A stretch of 64,000 nucleotides of DNA, taken from positions 140,773 to 204,772 of IMG/VR virus record IMGVR_UViG_3300048008_000449; one strand, given 5' to 3'. Shown here in pieces: positions 19,388 through 28,460 of this stretch. Below the pieces are notes generated by a model, which saw only the letters and a list, made by a program, of their open reading frames with translations, did no database searches and was not told where the DNA came from. The position numbers and the translations under genes are program-made. Numbering within the stretch: the stretch's first letter is position 1; the number at the start of each line of letters is the position of its first letter.

Positions 19388-19498
19388 AATAATTTTCTCC
19401 TATATTAGCCTTTATTAGTAGTAGAACATAAGCTCTACTTTGTGTTAACAACTAACCTCTCGTTAGTTATTTTTGTTTTTGCCTTTGTTAGCCTTTAC

Positions 19499-19527
19499 AG
19501 TATACATTTTATAGTACTTACTGTCAA
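19499..19527 (-). promoter_or_regulatory. Sigma70-type promoter of the gp32-uvsX-uvsY operon
   Basis: TTGACA-17-TATACT. Confidence 0.8.
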
Positions 19528-19545
19528 GTACTTTTTACCGAAAAA

Positions 19546-20826
19546 TTATGAAATTTTTCTACGTAAATCATTTACAACTGATTCAGCAATATTTTCTACT
19601 GGTTCAGATTGTTTTGCTGGCATTTTATTGTTCTTATCTAAATAAGTTACAATTTTTGCCAATAACATAACAGTCTTTTGTGGCATGTTATGTAATTCTG
19701 TTCCTAAGTGACTTAGCAAGTTAAATGCTTCGTCGTTCTTGCTAGACATAGCAAGATAAGATAGCATGCTACTTAATTTTGCCATAGCTCCCATTCCACC
19801 TGAATATTTAATTGGATCTTCGTTATCTGGGTGTTCTGGATCGTTAGGGTCAATATTAAGTTTAAAATCTTCTTTATTTTTGATCATATCATACAGTCTG
19901 CTAAGATGTTCTTTTGTTAGATCTGTCATACTATCTCTCTCCTTCACAATACGTGCTACGGTTTCTAATACTGCTTCCATATTTGCAGTTTCGAATGTAT
20001 TGTACATGAATTTTTCAGTAATGTCAACCTCTTTATCTGAATTTTCTACAATCTTAGTAGAAGAACCCTGAAAGTTGTTATAACCTCTAGAGGTTTGAAG
20101 ACTGTGTACTGTTTGTTTTAATTCTTTTAATTTTAATTTAACGGTTTCAACAATATCAATGTTTCCTTCGTTAACTAATTTATTCGTACGTACATGACGT
20201 ACAAATTGATTGCATTCTGCTACTTCTTTGCAGATACCTAAAATGGACTCACCTATTGTGTCATAAGGATTCCCGCCCATACTTACATGTTTAGCCATTG
20301 CCTTAGCACCAGCTAAATATTTGTGTGGAAAGCTAAATCTTTCACCTGCAGAGTTCTCAATAAAGAGTGCTTTGATATTACGTGATCTGCTTCCACGTAC
20401 TTCTTCATTAACACCTTTTGAATGTTTAATGATGAGTCTAGTTGACTCTGGTAATTGTATATAACTTGTTTTTAAACTTCCTGTTGCACGTGAATAGCCT
20501 TCTTTAACTGTTTCACTTGCGAAGTCTTTTGGTGCTATATTTTTATCAAATTTTCTTATTGTATATTCTGCCATAGCGTTATGTCCTGCTTTCTTAATAC
20601 TATCTAAAAGATCTTTGTGCTTATCAAAACTAAAATCTGCTCCTGCTTGTACAACAACTTCCACGTCATCATTTTCTGTTCTTATAGTGACTAGAAAATC
20701 TTGATCGTAAGCGTAAAATCTCGCTGACTGATCTGCGTCTAAAGTTTTGTTACCTTCAAAATCAAACAAACGTAACTTAATATTTGCTCCTTTGATAATG
20801 TTAAAAATTTCTGTTGATAATTGCAT
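19546..20826 (-). CDS. Hypothetical, probable head protein
   Basis: Many VxE/IxE sites; late box at 20848-20854. Confidence 0.55.
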   Translation of the reverse strand: MQLSTEIFNIIKGANIKLRLFDFEGNKTLDADQSARFYAYDQDFLVTIRTENDDVEVVVQAGADFSFDKHKDLLDSIKKAGHNAMAEYTIRKFDKNIAPKDFASETVKEGYSRATGSLKTSYIQLPESTRLIIKHSKGVNEEVRGSRSRNIKALFIENSAGERFSFPHKYLAGAKAMAKHVSMGGNPYDTIGESILGICKEVAECNQFVRHVRTNKLVNEGNIDIVETVKLKLKELKQTVHSLQTSRGYNNFQGSSTKIVENSDKEVDITEKFMYNTFETANMEAVLETVARIVKERDSMTDLTKEHLSRLYDMIKNKEDFKLNIDPNDPEHPDNEDPIKYSGGMGAMAKLSSMLSYLAMSSKNDEAFNLLSHLGTELHNMPQKTVMLLAKIVTYLDKNNKMPAKQSEPVENIAESVVNDLRRKIS

Positions 20827-20864
20827 CTTTATAGTATTCCTTTAATGTATTTATCAAATAAGTG

Positions 20865-22421
20865 TTATAGTAAGCTAAAAGGCATGGGTTCCATACCGTC
20901 ATCATCGTCAAAATCTTCGTTTAAGTACTCAAATGCACTTTCTTCATATTTTGATACTTCCATACTCATTCTTACTATTAAAACTAGTGCCATTACAAGG
21001 TCATCGTTTTCACCATCTTTGGCTGCATAACTATTGCCTCTAGCGATAAATGTTTTTAATTCTCTTAATAGCGGTTTACTTGCTATTTCTAATTTTTCTG
21101 TTTCTACCCAATGCTTTAATTTACTACATGCTGATATTTTACTTTTGTGTGTAGTAGTAAATCCTCGTCTATAACGTTTAGCATTACCATGTGATTTTGT
21201 TTCACTTAAAAATGTACCTGGAAAGTTTTCTTCTCCAGTTTCTTCAACAACTACTAATGCTGCTTCTCCTAGTGTATTGTTTTCCATACTGTAATATATT
21301 TCACAATCACCGTTTGTTTCACTTTCAATATATTGTGATATTTCTCTTAATATTTTTACTTGACCTTGAACCGTAGTTCTGTTATGCATCCACTCTGCAA
21401 CTTGTTTCATTCCTGGCATACTGTATACTTGAATAGCACTATTGTCGCCGCCGGTACCTAAACTAGGATCTAATGCTATTATATATAGTTTTCCTTTTGC
21501 TACCGGTGCATACCAACGTACTTGTCCTGCTTTAGCATAAGGATCACGTGCTTCCATATTACTAAGTCTAATACTATCAATAAGTGTTTCATCAAACGCA
21601 ATAAATTCACAGTTATGTTCACGTCTAAATCTTTCTTCACCAATTTTACCTTGTTCAATTTCTGCCCATTCCCAATCTCTATCTGGATGTACTTCCCATG
21701 AAGCTAGATAATGTGCAAATCCGTTAATACCTTGTTTTGTTTCATTTCCATGTTCATCTTGATTTTTATTAGCATCTCTCCAAATTTGTGCAAATTGATC
21801 ATCATCCATGTTTGGTGTTGAAGTAATAATACATTTACCACCTGTTGCTAGTGTAGGTGAAAGTGAAGTCCAAAATTCTTTAGCAATATTTGGTCTAACA
21901 AATGCAAACTCGTCTAAGTATGCTAACGATATAGATAAACCACGTCCAGTATTTTCTGTTGTTGACTGTGCTACAATACGTGAGCCGTTATCAAATTCCA
22001 ACGATCCTTTGTTATATGCAGTAACACCAGCTCTAATAAAATCAGGCAGTGTTTCGTATGCAAAACGTATACGTTGCATAATTTCACTTGCACCTGAATA
22101 TTTGTGTGCCGCGATAAGAATAGTTTGATCTGGATTAAACATTGCATACCATAGCAAGTATCCTGCCGCACAGGTACTTTTACCTGTTTGTCGTGCAAGC
22201 ATACTAATACTATATCTATTATTATGATATGTATCTACTAGTTCTTCTTGGAAATCATATAGTGCAAACTTCATACGACCTTTAGTAGGATGCTGAATAT
22301 AACAGTGTTCCTTCATAAAGTGTTTAGGATCTTGAGTACATAGAGCAAGTTCTTGAATTTGCTCTTCTGTGTAACGTTCTTTTCTATAAGGGGTTTTGGT
22401 TAATTTTGTATCTACTGCCAT
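20865..22421 (-). CDS. Terminase large subunit (gp17)
   Basis: LYDFQ, ARQTGKS, YLDEFAF, TSTPN, LDPSLG, DDLVMAL. Confidence 0.97.
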   Translation of the reverse strand: MAVDTKLTKTPYRKERYTEEQIQELALCTQDPKHFMKEHCYIQHPTKGRMKFALYDFQEELVDTYHNNRYSISMLARQTGKSTCAAGYLLWYAMFNPDQTILIAAHKYSGASEIMQRIRFAYETLPDFIRAGVTAYNKGSLEFDNGSRIVAQSTTENTGRGLSISLAYLDEFAFVRPNIAKEFWTSLSPTLATGGKCIITSTPNMDDDQFAQIWRDANKNQDEHGNETKQGINGFAHYLASWEVHPDRDWEWAEIEQGKIGEERFRREHNCEFIAFDETLIDSIRLSNMEARDPYAKAGQVRWYAPVAKGKLYIIALDPSLGTGGDNSAIQVYSMPGMKQVAEWMHNRTTVQGQVKILREISQYIESETNGDCEIYYSMENNTLGEAALVVVEETGEENFPGTFLSETKSHGNAKRYRRGFTTTHKSKISACSKLKHWVETEKLEIASKPLLRELKTFIARGNSYAAKDGENDDLVMALVLIVRMSMEVSKYEESAFEYLNEDFDDDDGMEPMPFSLL

Positions 22422-22426
22422 AATAT

Positions 22427-22433
22427 TATTTAT
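22427..22433 (-). promoter_or_regulatory. T4-late-like box ATAAATA (terminase), representative of about 20 copies
   Basis: Same box at 742, 2730, 5609, 14294, 20848, 24704, 27260, 28379, 30930, 34667, 36727, 40637, 50505, 51951, 54789 and 59784, each just upstream of a gene start. Confidence 0.8.
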
Positions 22434-22452
22434 CTACGTAGTTAACAAAGAA

Positions 22453-22479
22453 AAACAGCGTAGACTAGCTACGCTGTTT
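22453..22479 (-). terminator. Intrinsic terminator
   Basis: AAACAGCGTAG/CTACGCTGTTT inverted repeat plus U tract. Confidence 0.8.
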
Positions 22480-22497
22480 AAAGGGGATGTTATATTA

Positions 22498-24189
22498 TTA
22501 TTTTTTATTTTTAGACGCTTTATATGCTTCTTTGATATCTTCAACTTTATGTTCTTTTAAGCCTACTTTCATATCTTCTGCATCTAAGTATCTTTTTAAA
22601 CTTAGGTTCACGCTTTGTGCAAAGTTTTCGTATGGCTCACCATGTGATGTAGCTTCTTCTTCAGCTGCGCCTTCTGGTGTGTTTGCCCATTCGTTTAATT
22701 TTTCATTAATTTTTTCTTCGCTTAATCCTGCGTTCTTTAATAAGTTTATTAATTGTGTCGTGTCCATAGTTGGTGCCTCATTAACTTGTTCTTCTTTAGA
22801 TTCTTTCATTTCGCTCATGCATGCCTCACACATTTCTTTTAGTTTGTCTTGATCACAATCTGAATATTTTTTGCAAATTTCTGTTAGTGTCATTCCATCT
22901 TTACAACATTGCATTACGTCTGCTTTTAATGGCATTTTGTCGTCTGCTTCATTTACAGATTCATCTGCTTTGTCGTCATCTTTAGAACCTTTTTTCTTAG
23001 CTAACATTTTTTCGAATGCTGCTTTTTGTGCTGGGCTTTGTGCTTCATTAACTTCTTCTTCTTTTACCCAATGATCGCCTGCCGCATCATGTGAATCATG
23101 TGTGCATTCACAACCTGGTTTAGGAGCATCAATTTTACATCCGCAATCACTGCATACGCCTGATGCTTCAGTTACTTCCGCTTCCATTAAACCTAGCTCT
23201 TTTAATCTAGCTTCAATTGCTGGTCTTGCGTCTGCATCTGGTCCCATGTCAACTGACATTTGGTGGAATGTATCAAATAACTCATCGTCGCCTAATAAAC
23301 CATACATTACATCACAAGCATTGTCACCGTCTTCACCTACTAATAATGGTTCTGCCATTATTTCTTTTAATTTTTCTACTTGTTCTGGTGATTCTGGAAC
23401 TGCCCATGTACCTTCTTTAACAGGAGTTTGTTTTGCACCTGTTCCTGATAGATCTAAAATTCTACCTAATGCTTCTGCAAACTCATCATTTACTGAGTCA
23501 GATAATTTGTCTCTGCCCCATTTAAATTTACCGTCTTTTGGATTTGGTTTCATCCTAGTAATAATATCTTTGTTTACACCTAATCCATCATTTTTACGTG
23601 CATCTGCTTTTGCTTGATAAAATGGATTGTCTGCATGTGTGTATGAACTATCGCCTGATACTTTACGTACTGCATCTTGTGGCATTGTAGCATTACTCTT
23701 GCCCACTTTAATAGCGTTTGCTGTACTTGCTACTTTATTGTAACGATCCTGATAATTTTCTACTTGGTATGTTTTACCATCTACTTTAAATTCTTTTTTA
23801 CCAGCTTTTCTAGCTTTTTCTAATTCACCTGAAAATTCGTTGCCTTCATCTACATCTGCTTCATCAATTTCTGCTTCATCAATTTCTGCTTCTACAGATT
23901 CTTCTGGATTTTCTACACCATTACCAAAATCATGAACTCTACGATACTCGTCTACAAAGTCCTTAATCGTATCACCGTCTAAATATCTAATTAGATCACT
24001 GTATACTGGATGCTCTGCTTCACAACCTAATTCATCACATAAATCATAAATTGGATCTGCAAACTCGCCTACTGCTTCTGTTGTTGGTATATTTTCTTCT
24101 GGTATGTTTTCTTCTACTGCTGGAGCCTGGCTTTGAGCTCTGTCTGTGCCGTGGCTAGCAAGTTTTAATATTCTGTCTAAATCACTCAT
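22498..24189 (-). CDS. Acidic prohead core/internal polyprotein-like protein
   Basis: Many VNE|A, IDE|A, VKE|G and VTE|A sites separating short modules. Confidence 0.6.
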   Translation of the reverse strand: MSDLDRILKLASHGTDRAQSQAPAVEENIPEENIPTTEAVGEFADPIYDLCDELGCEAEHPVYSDLIRYLDGDTIKDFVDEYRRVHDFGNGVENPEESVEAEIDEAEIDEADVDEGNEFSGELEKARKAGKKEFKVDGKTYQVENYQDRYNKVASTANAIKVGKSNATMPQDAVRKVSGDSSYTHADNPFYQAKADARKNDGLGVNKDIITRMKPNPKDGKFKWGRDKLSDSVNDEFAEALGRILDLSGTGAKQTPVKEGTWAVPESPEQVEKLKEIMAEPLLVGEDGDNACDVMYGLLGDDELFDTFHQMSVDMGPDADARPAIEARLKELGLMEAEVTEASGVCSDCGCKIDAPKPGCECTHDSHDAAGDHWVKEEEVNEAQSPAQKAAFEKMLAKKKGSKDDDKADESVNEADDKMPLKADVMQCCKDGMTLTEICKKYSDCDQDKLKEMCEACMSEMKESKEEQVNEAPTMDTTQLINLLKNAGLSEEKINEKLNEWANTPEGAAEEEATSHGEPYENFAQSVNLSLKRYLDAEDMKVGLKEHKVEDIKEAYKASKNKK

Positions 24190-24679
24190 TGCCTTTTTCC
24201 TTTTCTTTTTTGAGTTTCGCTAACTCTTTAATAAATTTGTTGTTATATGCATCTCCAAAATGATCTTCAGCTTTGATTCCTGCTTTTTCATCTTTGCTGT
24301 ATTCTGGCTCTGCTAATACACTCTTAACTTCACCACCTTGTGGCGGTATTGCTTCATCTGGCTCATGTTCGCCTTTTACTTTAAGTACGCCATCAGCTAG
24401 ACCAATCATATTACGGATGTCATTTTGTATTTGCCATCCACTTGCAATAATGTTAGTTTCAAATTCGTATGTAAATACTTCGTACCCTCTAGCTTTAGGA
24501 AAATCACGTGGTGTACTTTGTAACATTGTTTTCTTCGCAGCACCGAGTCCTTTAGAGTCGTATTTTCCGAGGTGCTTCTCTATACGATCTTGTTGATCGT
24601 TGTTAAGTTCATGAATAGTTTTAATTTTAAACTTCCATGTTTTTTTAGCTTCCGTTAAGTATTCTGTGTACGATTTCAT
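24182..24679 (-). CDS. Hypothetical head protein
   Basis: MKSYTEYLTEA, a T4 capsid-targeting-like N-terminus; late box at 24704-24710. Confidence 0.6.
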   Translation of the reverse strand: MKSYTEYLTEAKKTWKFKIKTIHELNNDQQDRIEKHLGKYDSKGLGAAKKTMLQSTPRDFPKARGYEVFTYEFETNIIASGWQIQNDIRNMIGLADGVLKVKGEHEPDEAIPPQGGEVKSVLAEPEYSKDEKAGIKAEDHFGDAYNNKFIKELAKLKKEKEKGNE

Positions 24680-24702
24680 TGCTGTGTATTCTCCTATTAA
24701 TA

Positions 24703-25248
24703 CTATTTATCTTTTTCGGGCAAGTTCTTCATGATTTCGGCTAACATATCTGTTCTATTGCCGATAATACGCCCTTCTGCACCTTCTTCTTCGTCTAAGC
24801 CTAATTCACTGTTTTTTTGTGCTACATATGCATCAATTTTTTGACTGTCTTTTTCAAGTCTAGCTTGTCGCATTTGTAACTCAATCATTTTCATTTTTTT
24901 ATCCATTTTAGCTTGTTTTGCTTGTAACGCTGCTGATATCATTTTTGCCGCACTATCAAATATTGGAGCAGCATGTCTATCTTCTACATTCTTACCTAAA
25001 TCAACTAATTCGTCAAATGTTTCCATAGCTTTTGTAGCATATGCGTCCATTTCTCTATCTAATTGTTCTAAACCCTCAACTGTAGGTAATGCAACATTAG
25101 CACGTTCTACCATGCTCATTTCGCCTTTATATTCAGCTATTTCATTTTTAATATCTTCAGTTGTAGGTTCTGTATGCTCTGCTTCTTCTTCAGGCATTAG
25201 ATCATCTAAATTAGGTAAATTTAGTTCTTCTTCTAATTTTTTTGTCAT
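24703..25248 (-). CDS. Probable terminase small subunit
   Basis: Helical, acidic N-terminus, IIGNRTDML C-terminus, near gp17. Confidence 0.55.
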   Translation of the reverse strand: MTKKLEEELNLPNLDDLMPEEEAEHTEPTTEDIKNEIAEYKGEMSMVERANVALPTVEGLEQLDREMDAYATKAMETFDELVDLGKNVEDRHAAPIFDSAAKMISAALQAKQAKMDKKMKMIELQMRQARLEKDSQKIDAYVAQKNSELGLDEEEGAEGRIIGNRTDMLAEIMKNLPEKDK

Positions 25249-25289
25249 ATTAAGTTTCCAATTATACTAGTACTTATCCTTTTAAAATT

Positions 25290-25739
25290 CTACTTTTTTC
25301 TCTTTTTCTTAGAATTTTGAGGCTTGTTAAATATCTGATGTTCAGTTATAACTCTAAAGCCCATGCCTTGTGATTTACACCAAGCATGACACGCTGCCCA
25401 TTTTGCTTGATTAACTACGGCAGCAGCTTTCTGTGCTTGTGTTCTTGCTTCTGCTATTGTTTGACTAGCAGGTTTTATTTCAACCATTTCAGCATGATTT
25501 TTTCCATTCTTATCTTTATATACAATAAGTAAATCAGGAACATATGTTGTTTGTTTTCCTGTTAATGGATTCTTATATGGAATTCTATGTGTTTCACTTC
25601 CCCAACCTAATATAGCTGGATGATTATCACACATACGCATAACTGCAAGTTCCCATCCACTTCTATATTGTGGTGCTCTTTTACCTATATACTTGTCTGG
25701 CTGTTGTGGAACAAATTGTCCCCTTTGAAATTTTGGCAT
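25290..25739 (-). CDS. Head completion nuclease gp4-like (TnsA-type PD-(D/E)xK)
   Basis: YRSGWE, WGSE, YVPD, EIKP, NQAKWAA. Confidence 0.9.
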   Translation of the reverse strand: MPKFQRGQFVPQQPDKYIGKRAPQYRSGWELAVMRMCDNHPAILGWGSETHRIPYKNPLTGKQTTYVPDLLIVYKDKNGKNHAEMVEIKPASQTIAEARTQAQKAAAVVNQAKWAACHAWCKSQGMGFRVITEHQIFNKPQNSKKKRKK

Positions 25740-26584
25740 TAACCTGCGCCGTTTGTAGGAGCAGGTACTTTATAAGATACACCATCAATATTTCTAATTT
25801 TTTCACCTTTTTTCAAAGTGCCGTCCCATCTTTCTAATTGTGGCTTATTAGATAAAACCTTTGGTTTCTTTTCTTTTGGTACTTGAGCTGTATCAAGTTT
25901 TTCAAGAGACTGATCAATTACATAATTATTTTCAGTTGTTTCGGATTCTGGAACGTCATTAAAACCAGCGTCTGGTGTTACAGTGTCATCCATAACAGGT
26001 GGTGGTGGAGATGTTCCATCACTTATAATATTGTAACCTTCATATGCAAACGATACTCTAAATACCGATGCTGAACTATCAGCATAGTCAAGTGTATCAG
26101 TGTCAACGTTTGTAATGTATGGATTAAATATTTCTATTATGTTTGATCTATTAGCCGTATCTTTTCTTTTAATTGTTAACGTAGTAATAAAATTTCTACT
26201 CTGTGGTAATTCTAATCCTTTTGGAGATTGTAACCAAGAAGCATAATCATCTTCATTCATTGGACCAGCAAAATAATATCTTGCATAGTCTTTTAGAAAG
26301 TCTTCCATATAATGGTCTTTAGTATCATACGCTGTTAGAGTAATAGGAGTATAATCTATTCCAGTCTGTACAATATTTTTACTATTATATTTGTTTAATG
26401 TCTGCGTTCTGTATGTAAACGTAGGCATTTGAATGTTAGCAATTCGTGTTAAATCTAGAGGTTGTGGACTTCCTACATAATTCAAGGATACAGTAAACGA
26501 ATACTTGTTTCTTGGTATTGCGTCTATTTCACCTTGAGCTGAAGATTGTCCATATAAGTAATAACCTGCGTCACCGATTGCCAT
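25739..26584 (-). CDS. Tail-tube-like baseplate protein (gp54/gp48-like)
   Basis: Tube-fold pattern QMPTF..NKYN..IDYTPITLT..D...LDYAD. Confidence 0.7.
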   Translation of the reverse strand: MAIGDAGYYLYGQSSAQGEIDAIPRNKYSFTVSLNYVGSPQPLDLTRIANIQMPTFTYRTQTLNKYNSKNIVQTGIDYTPITLTAYDTKDHYMEDFLKDYARYYFAGPMNEDDYASWLQSPKGLELPQSRNFITTLTIKRKDTANRSNIIEIFNPYITNVDTDTLDYADSSASVFRVSFAYEGYNIISDGTSPPPPVMDDTVTPDAGFNDVPESETTENNYVIDQSLEKLDTAQVPKEKKPKVLSNKPQLERWDGTLKKGEKIRNIDGVSYKVPAPTNGAG

Positions 26585-26602
26585 TTTAGAGTCCTTTACT
26601 TA

Positions 26603-27211
26603 TTAAAGAGTAGAACCAGTATTGCTAATATCGTTTGATGCTGATCCACTACTTAACTGGTCTGAACCATCAATAGTATGCAGTGCGTTATCAAAACGAA
26701 CTGATAGTGTAACTTGTACCATGCTTGAATCTGCGTAGTTTAAATCACCATACTGTACGTTAGTAATAAAGCAACCTTGTAATTCCCATGCATCAAAAGT
26801 TGCTGGTGATGTACTACCATTTGCACCATCTAGTGTTTCAATCTTAACACCAAATTTGTATGCACTACCTGAGATTGCACTTGATTGATCTGCATGATCA
26901 ACTTGTTTGTTTAGTTGGTTACCTAGCTTTTTAATAACATTTGATTTCATATCATCACGGAACACAATTGTTACTGGATCCCATGTATGCTTACCTGCAA
27001 GGTATATCTTTGAGTTGTACGAATCAACTACAACTTCTTCATGTGTTAAATTTGGTCTGCCTGTGCTAATAACATTTTGTGTAACTTCATCAGTTCCACC
27101 TGTTCCACCTAAGTTACTAAATGTAACTCGGAAACGATATTGTAGCTTTGGCATAAGTGTAGTTCCTGAACTTGCATCAGTTGGTACACCAAAATTTGTA
27201 ATTACGGCCAT
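26603..27211 (-). CDS. Tail tube protein gp19
   Basis: PKLQYRFRV, YLAGKHTWDPVTIVFRDD, WELQGCF, LSVRFDNA. Confidence 0.9.
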   Translation of the reverse strand: MAVITNFGVPTDASSGTTLMPKLQYRFRVTFSNLGGTGGTDEVTQNVISTGRPNLTHEEVVVDSYNSKIYLAGKHTWDPVTIVFRDDMKSNVIKKLGNQLNKQVDHADQSSAISGSAYKFGVKIETLDGANGSTSPATFDAWELQGCFITNVQYGDLNYADSSMVQVTLSVRFDNALHTIDGSDQLSSGSASNDISNTGSTL

Positions 27212-27281
27212 TTGTTTTTCTCCTATAATACTATACTGTAGTATCTTCTTGTTATATTGTATTTATCAAATCAACACTCAA

Positions 27282-27315
27282 AAAGATAGGTCACTTCTAA
27301 AAGTAACCTATCTTT
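27282..27315 (-). terminator. Intrinsic terminator
   Basis: AAAGATAGGT/ACCTATCTTT. Confidence 0.7.
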
Positions 27316-27334
27316 AGTATTTTTTATTGGTTGA

Positions 27335-27634
27335 TTAAACAACCCAGCCTTCTTGAGCGATAGTTTCGCCTAGTTGACCTGCTGATTGTCCTAAATGGAC
27401 ACTTGAATCTGATGCTAAAATATACTCTTTGAATTCTGCAACTTTTTCTGCAGTTTCAAATTGATATTTAATCCATATTTTAGTGTCAATTAGTTTGTAT
27501 TCCATAACGACATCAATTTCACCTGGTGTGAAACCTAAAATTGCGTCAGAAATAGCTTGGTGAGCTGAAGATGCTTTGAACTGCTCTATTGAAGTCCAAT
27601 CACCTGGTACTCTTCTAATTTTATTAGTTTCCAT
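27335..27634 (-). CDS. Hypothetical protein co-transcribed with a hydroxylase
   Basis: 99 aa with AGGAG RBS. Confidence 0.65.
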   Translation of the reverse strand: METNKIRRVPGDWTSIEQFKASSAHQAISDAILGFTPGEIDVVMEYKLIDTKIWIKYQFETAEKVAEFKEYILASDSSVHLGQSAGQLGETIAQEGWVV

Positions 27635-27645
27635 AATAGTTCTCC

Positions 27646-28311
27646 TTAGTTACGGCTACAATCAACACCTTTACGGTCGCCCGCTGGGTGTGAGTATGGT
27701 AGCACATCAAGTAACCATTTTACTGTTTCTTCACGCTTGTCGTCATCGAGACTTAGTGCCGCACTTAAATGATATACTCCGTCAACAAAAGAAAATCCAT
27801 AATGAACTTTTCTTGTGTTAATTGCGTACCATCTACGTGCTTCTGGTTTAAAAATTTTACCATCTACAACAAAATGAAATTCTGCTGAGTTAGTGTGGTT
27901 TAAGTGACAAATCATTCTAAATGAATCACCTGTGATTCCGTCTGGAGTAACTTGTCTCCATTTATCTCTGTGAGGAGCTAAGAAATCACCTTTATCGTAT
28001 ATTAATGAACCCAATGATTCAGTGTGTTCTGGTATGTTCCATGATTCTGGAATTACATTATATTCGTATCCTGCTTTAGGACCGTTATAATCATCGTTCA
28101 CACGTGAACGTAGGATTTTTGATGGATCAGCATTTAGTGTGTCAATTTGTTCAATTGCATTATCTGGCACCCATGCATCTAGTTCGATGATGTCGCCTGC
28201 TGCGCCAAAAAGAAAATTAGTATCAAATTTCATGCTAGTAGTTACTTCAGGGTTAAATCTGTGTTCACTCATGTTAGTAGCAATGATTTTAGCTTGTTCT
28301 AGTTTTACCAT
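27646..28311 (-). CDS. Cupin/2OG-Fe(II) hydroxylase-like (AspH-like)
   Basis: PHRD...WYAINTRKVH. Confidence 0.7.
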   Translation of the reverse strand: MVKLEQAKIIATNMSEHRFNPEVTTSMKFDTNFLFGAAGDIIELDAWVPDNAIEQIDTLNADPSKILRSRVNDDYNGPKAGYEYNVIPESWNIPEHTESLGSLIYDKGDFLAPHRDKWRQVTPDGITGDSFRMICHLNHTNSAEFHFVVDGKIFKPEARRWYAINTRKVHYGFSFVDGVYHLSAALSLDDDKREETVKWLLDVLPYSHPAGDRKGVDCSRN

Positions 28312-28401
28312 GGTGTTATCCTTTTTTATATAAATTATAGCTCATTAGCTGAACTATGTGCATTGCAATGTGCAACTGTATTTATCAGTTAATGTTAAAT
28401 T

Positions 28402-28431
28402 AAAAAAGGCTACTATATCTCTATAGTAGCC
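28402..28431 (-). terminator. Intrinsic terminator after the sheath gene
   Basis: GGCTACTATA/TATAGTAGCC plus U6. Confidence 0.8.
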
Positions 28432-28460
28432 CTTAATATTATTAGTTATGTATTAACGTC

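Noticed and set aside
5616-22421. Inteins or introns in helicase, UvsW, UvsX or terminase
   Set aside because: Lengths are normal and motifs are contiguous
25290-25739. TnsA transposase or mobile endonuclease
   Set aside because: Motifs and position fit the T4 gp4 head-completion protein; no transposon ends or partner genes
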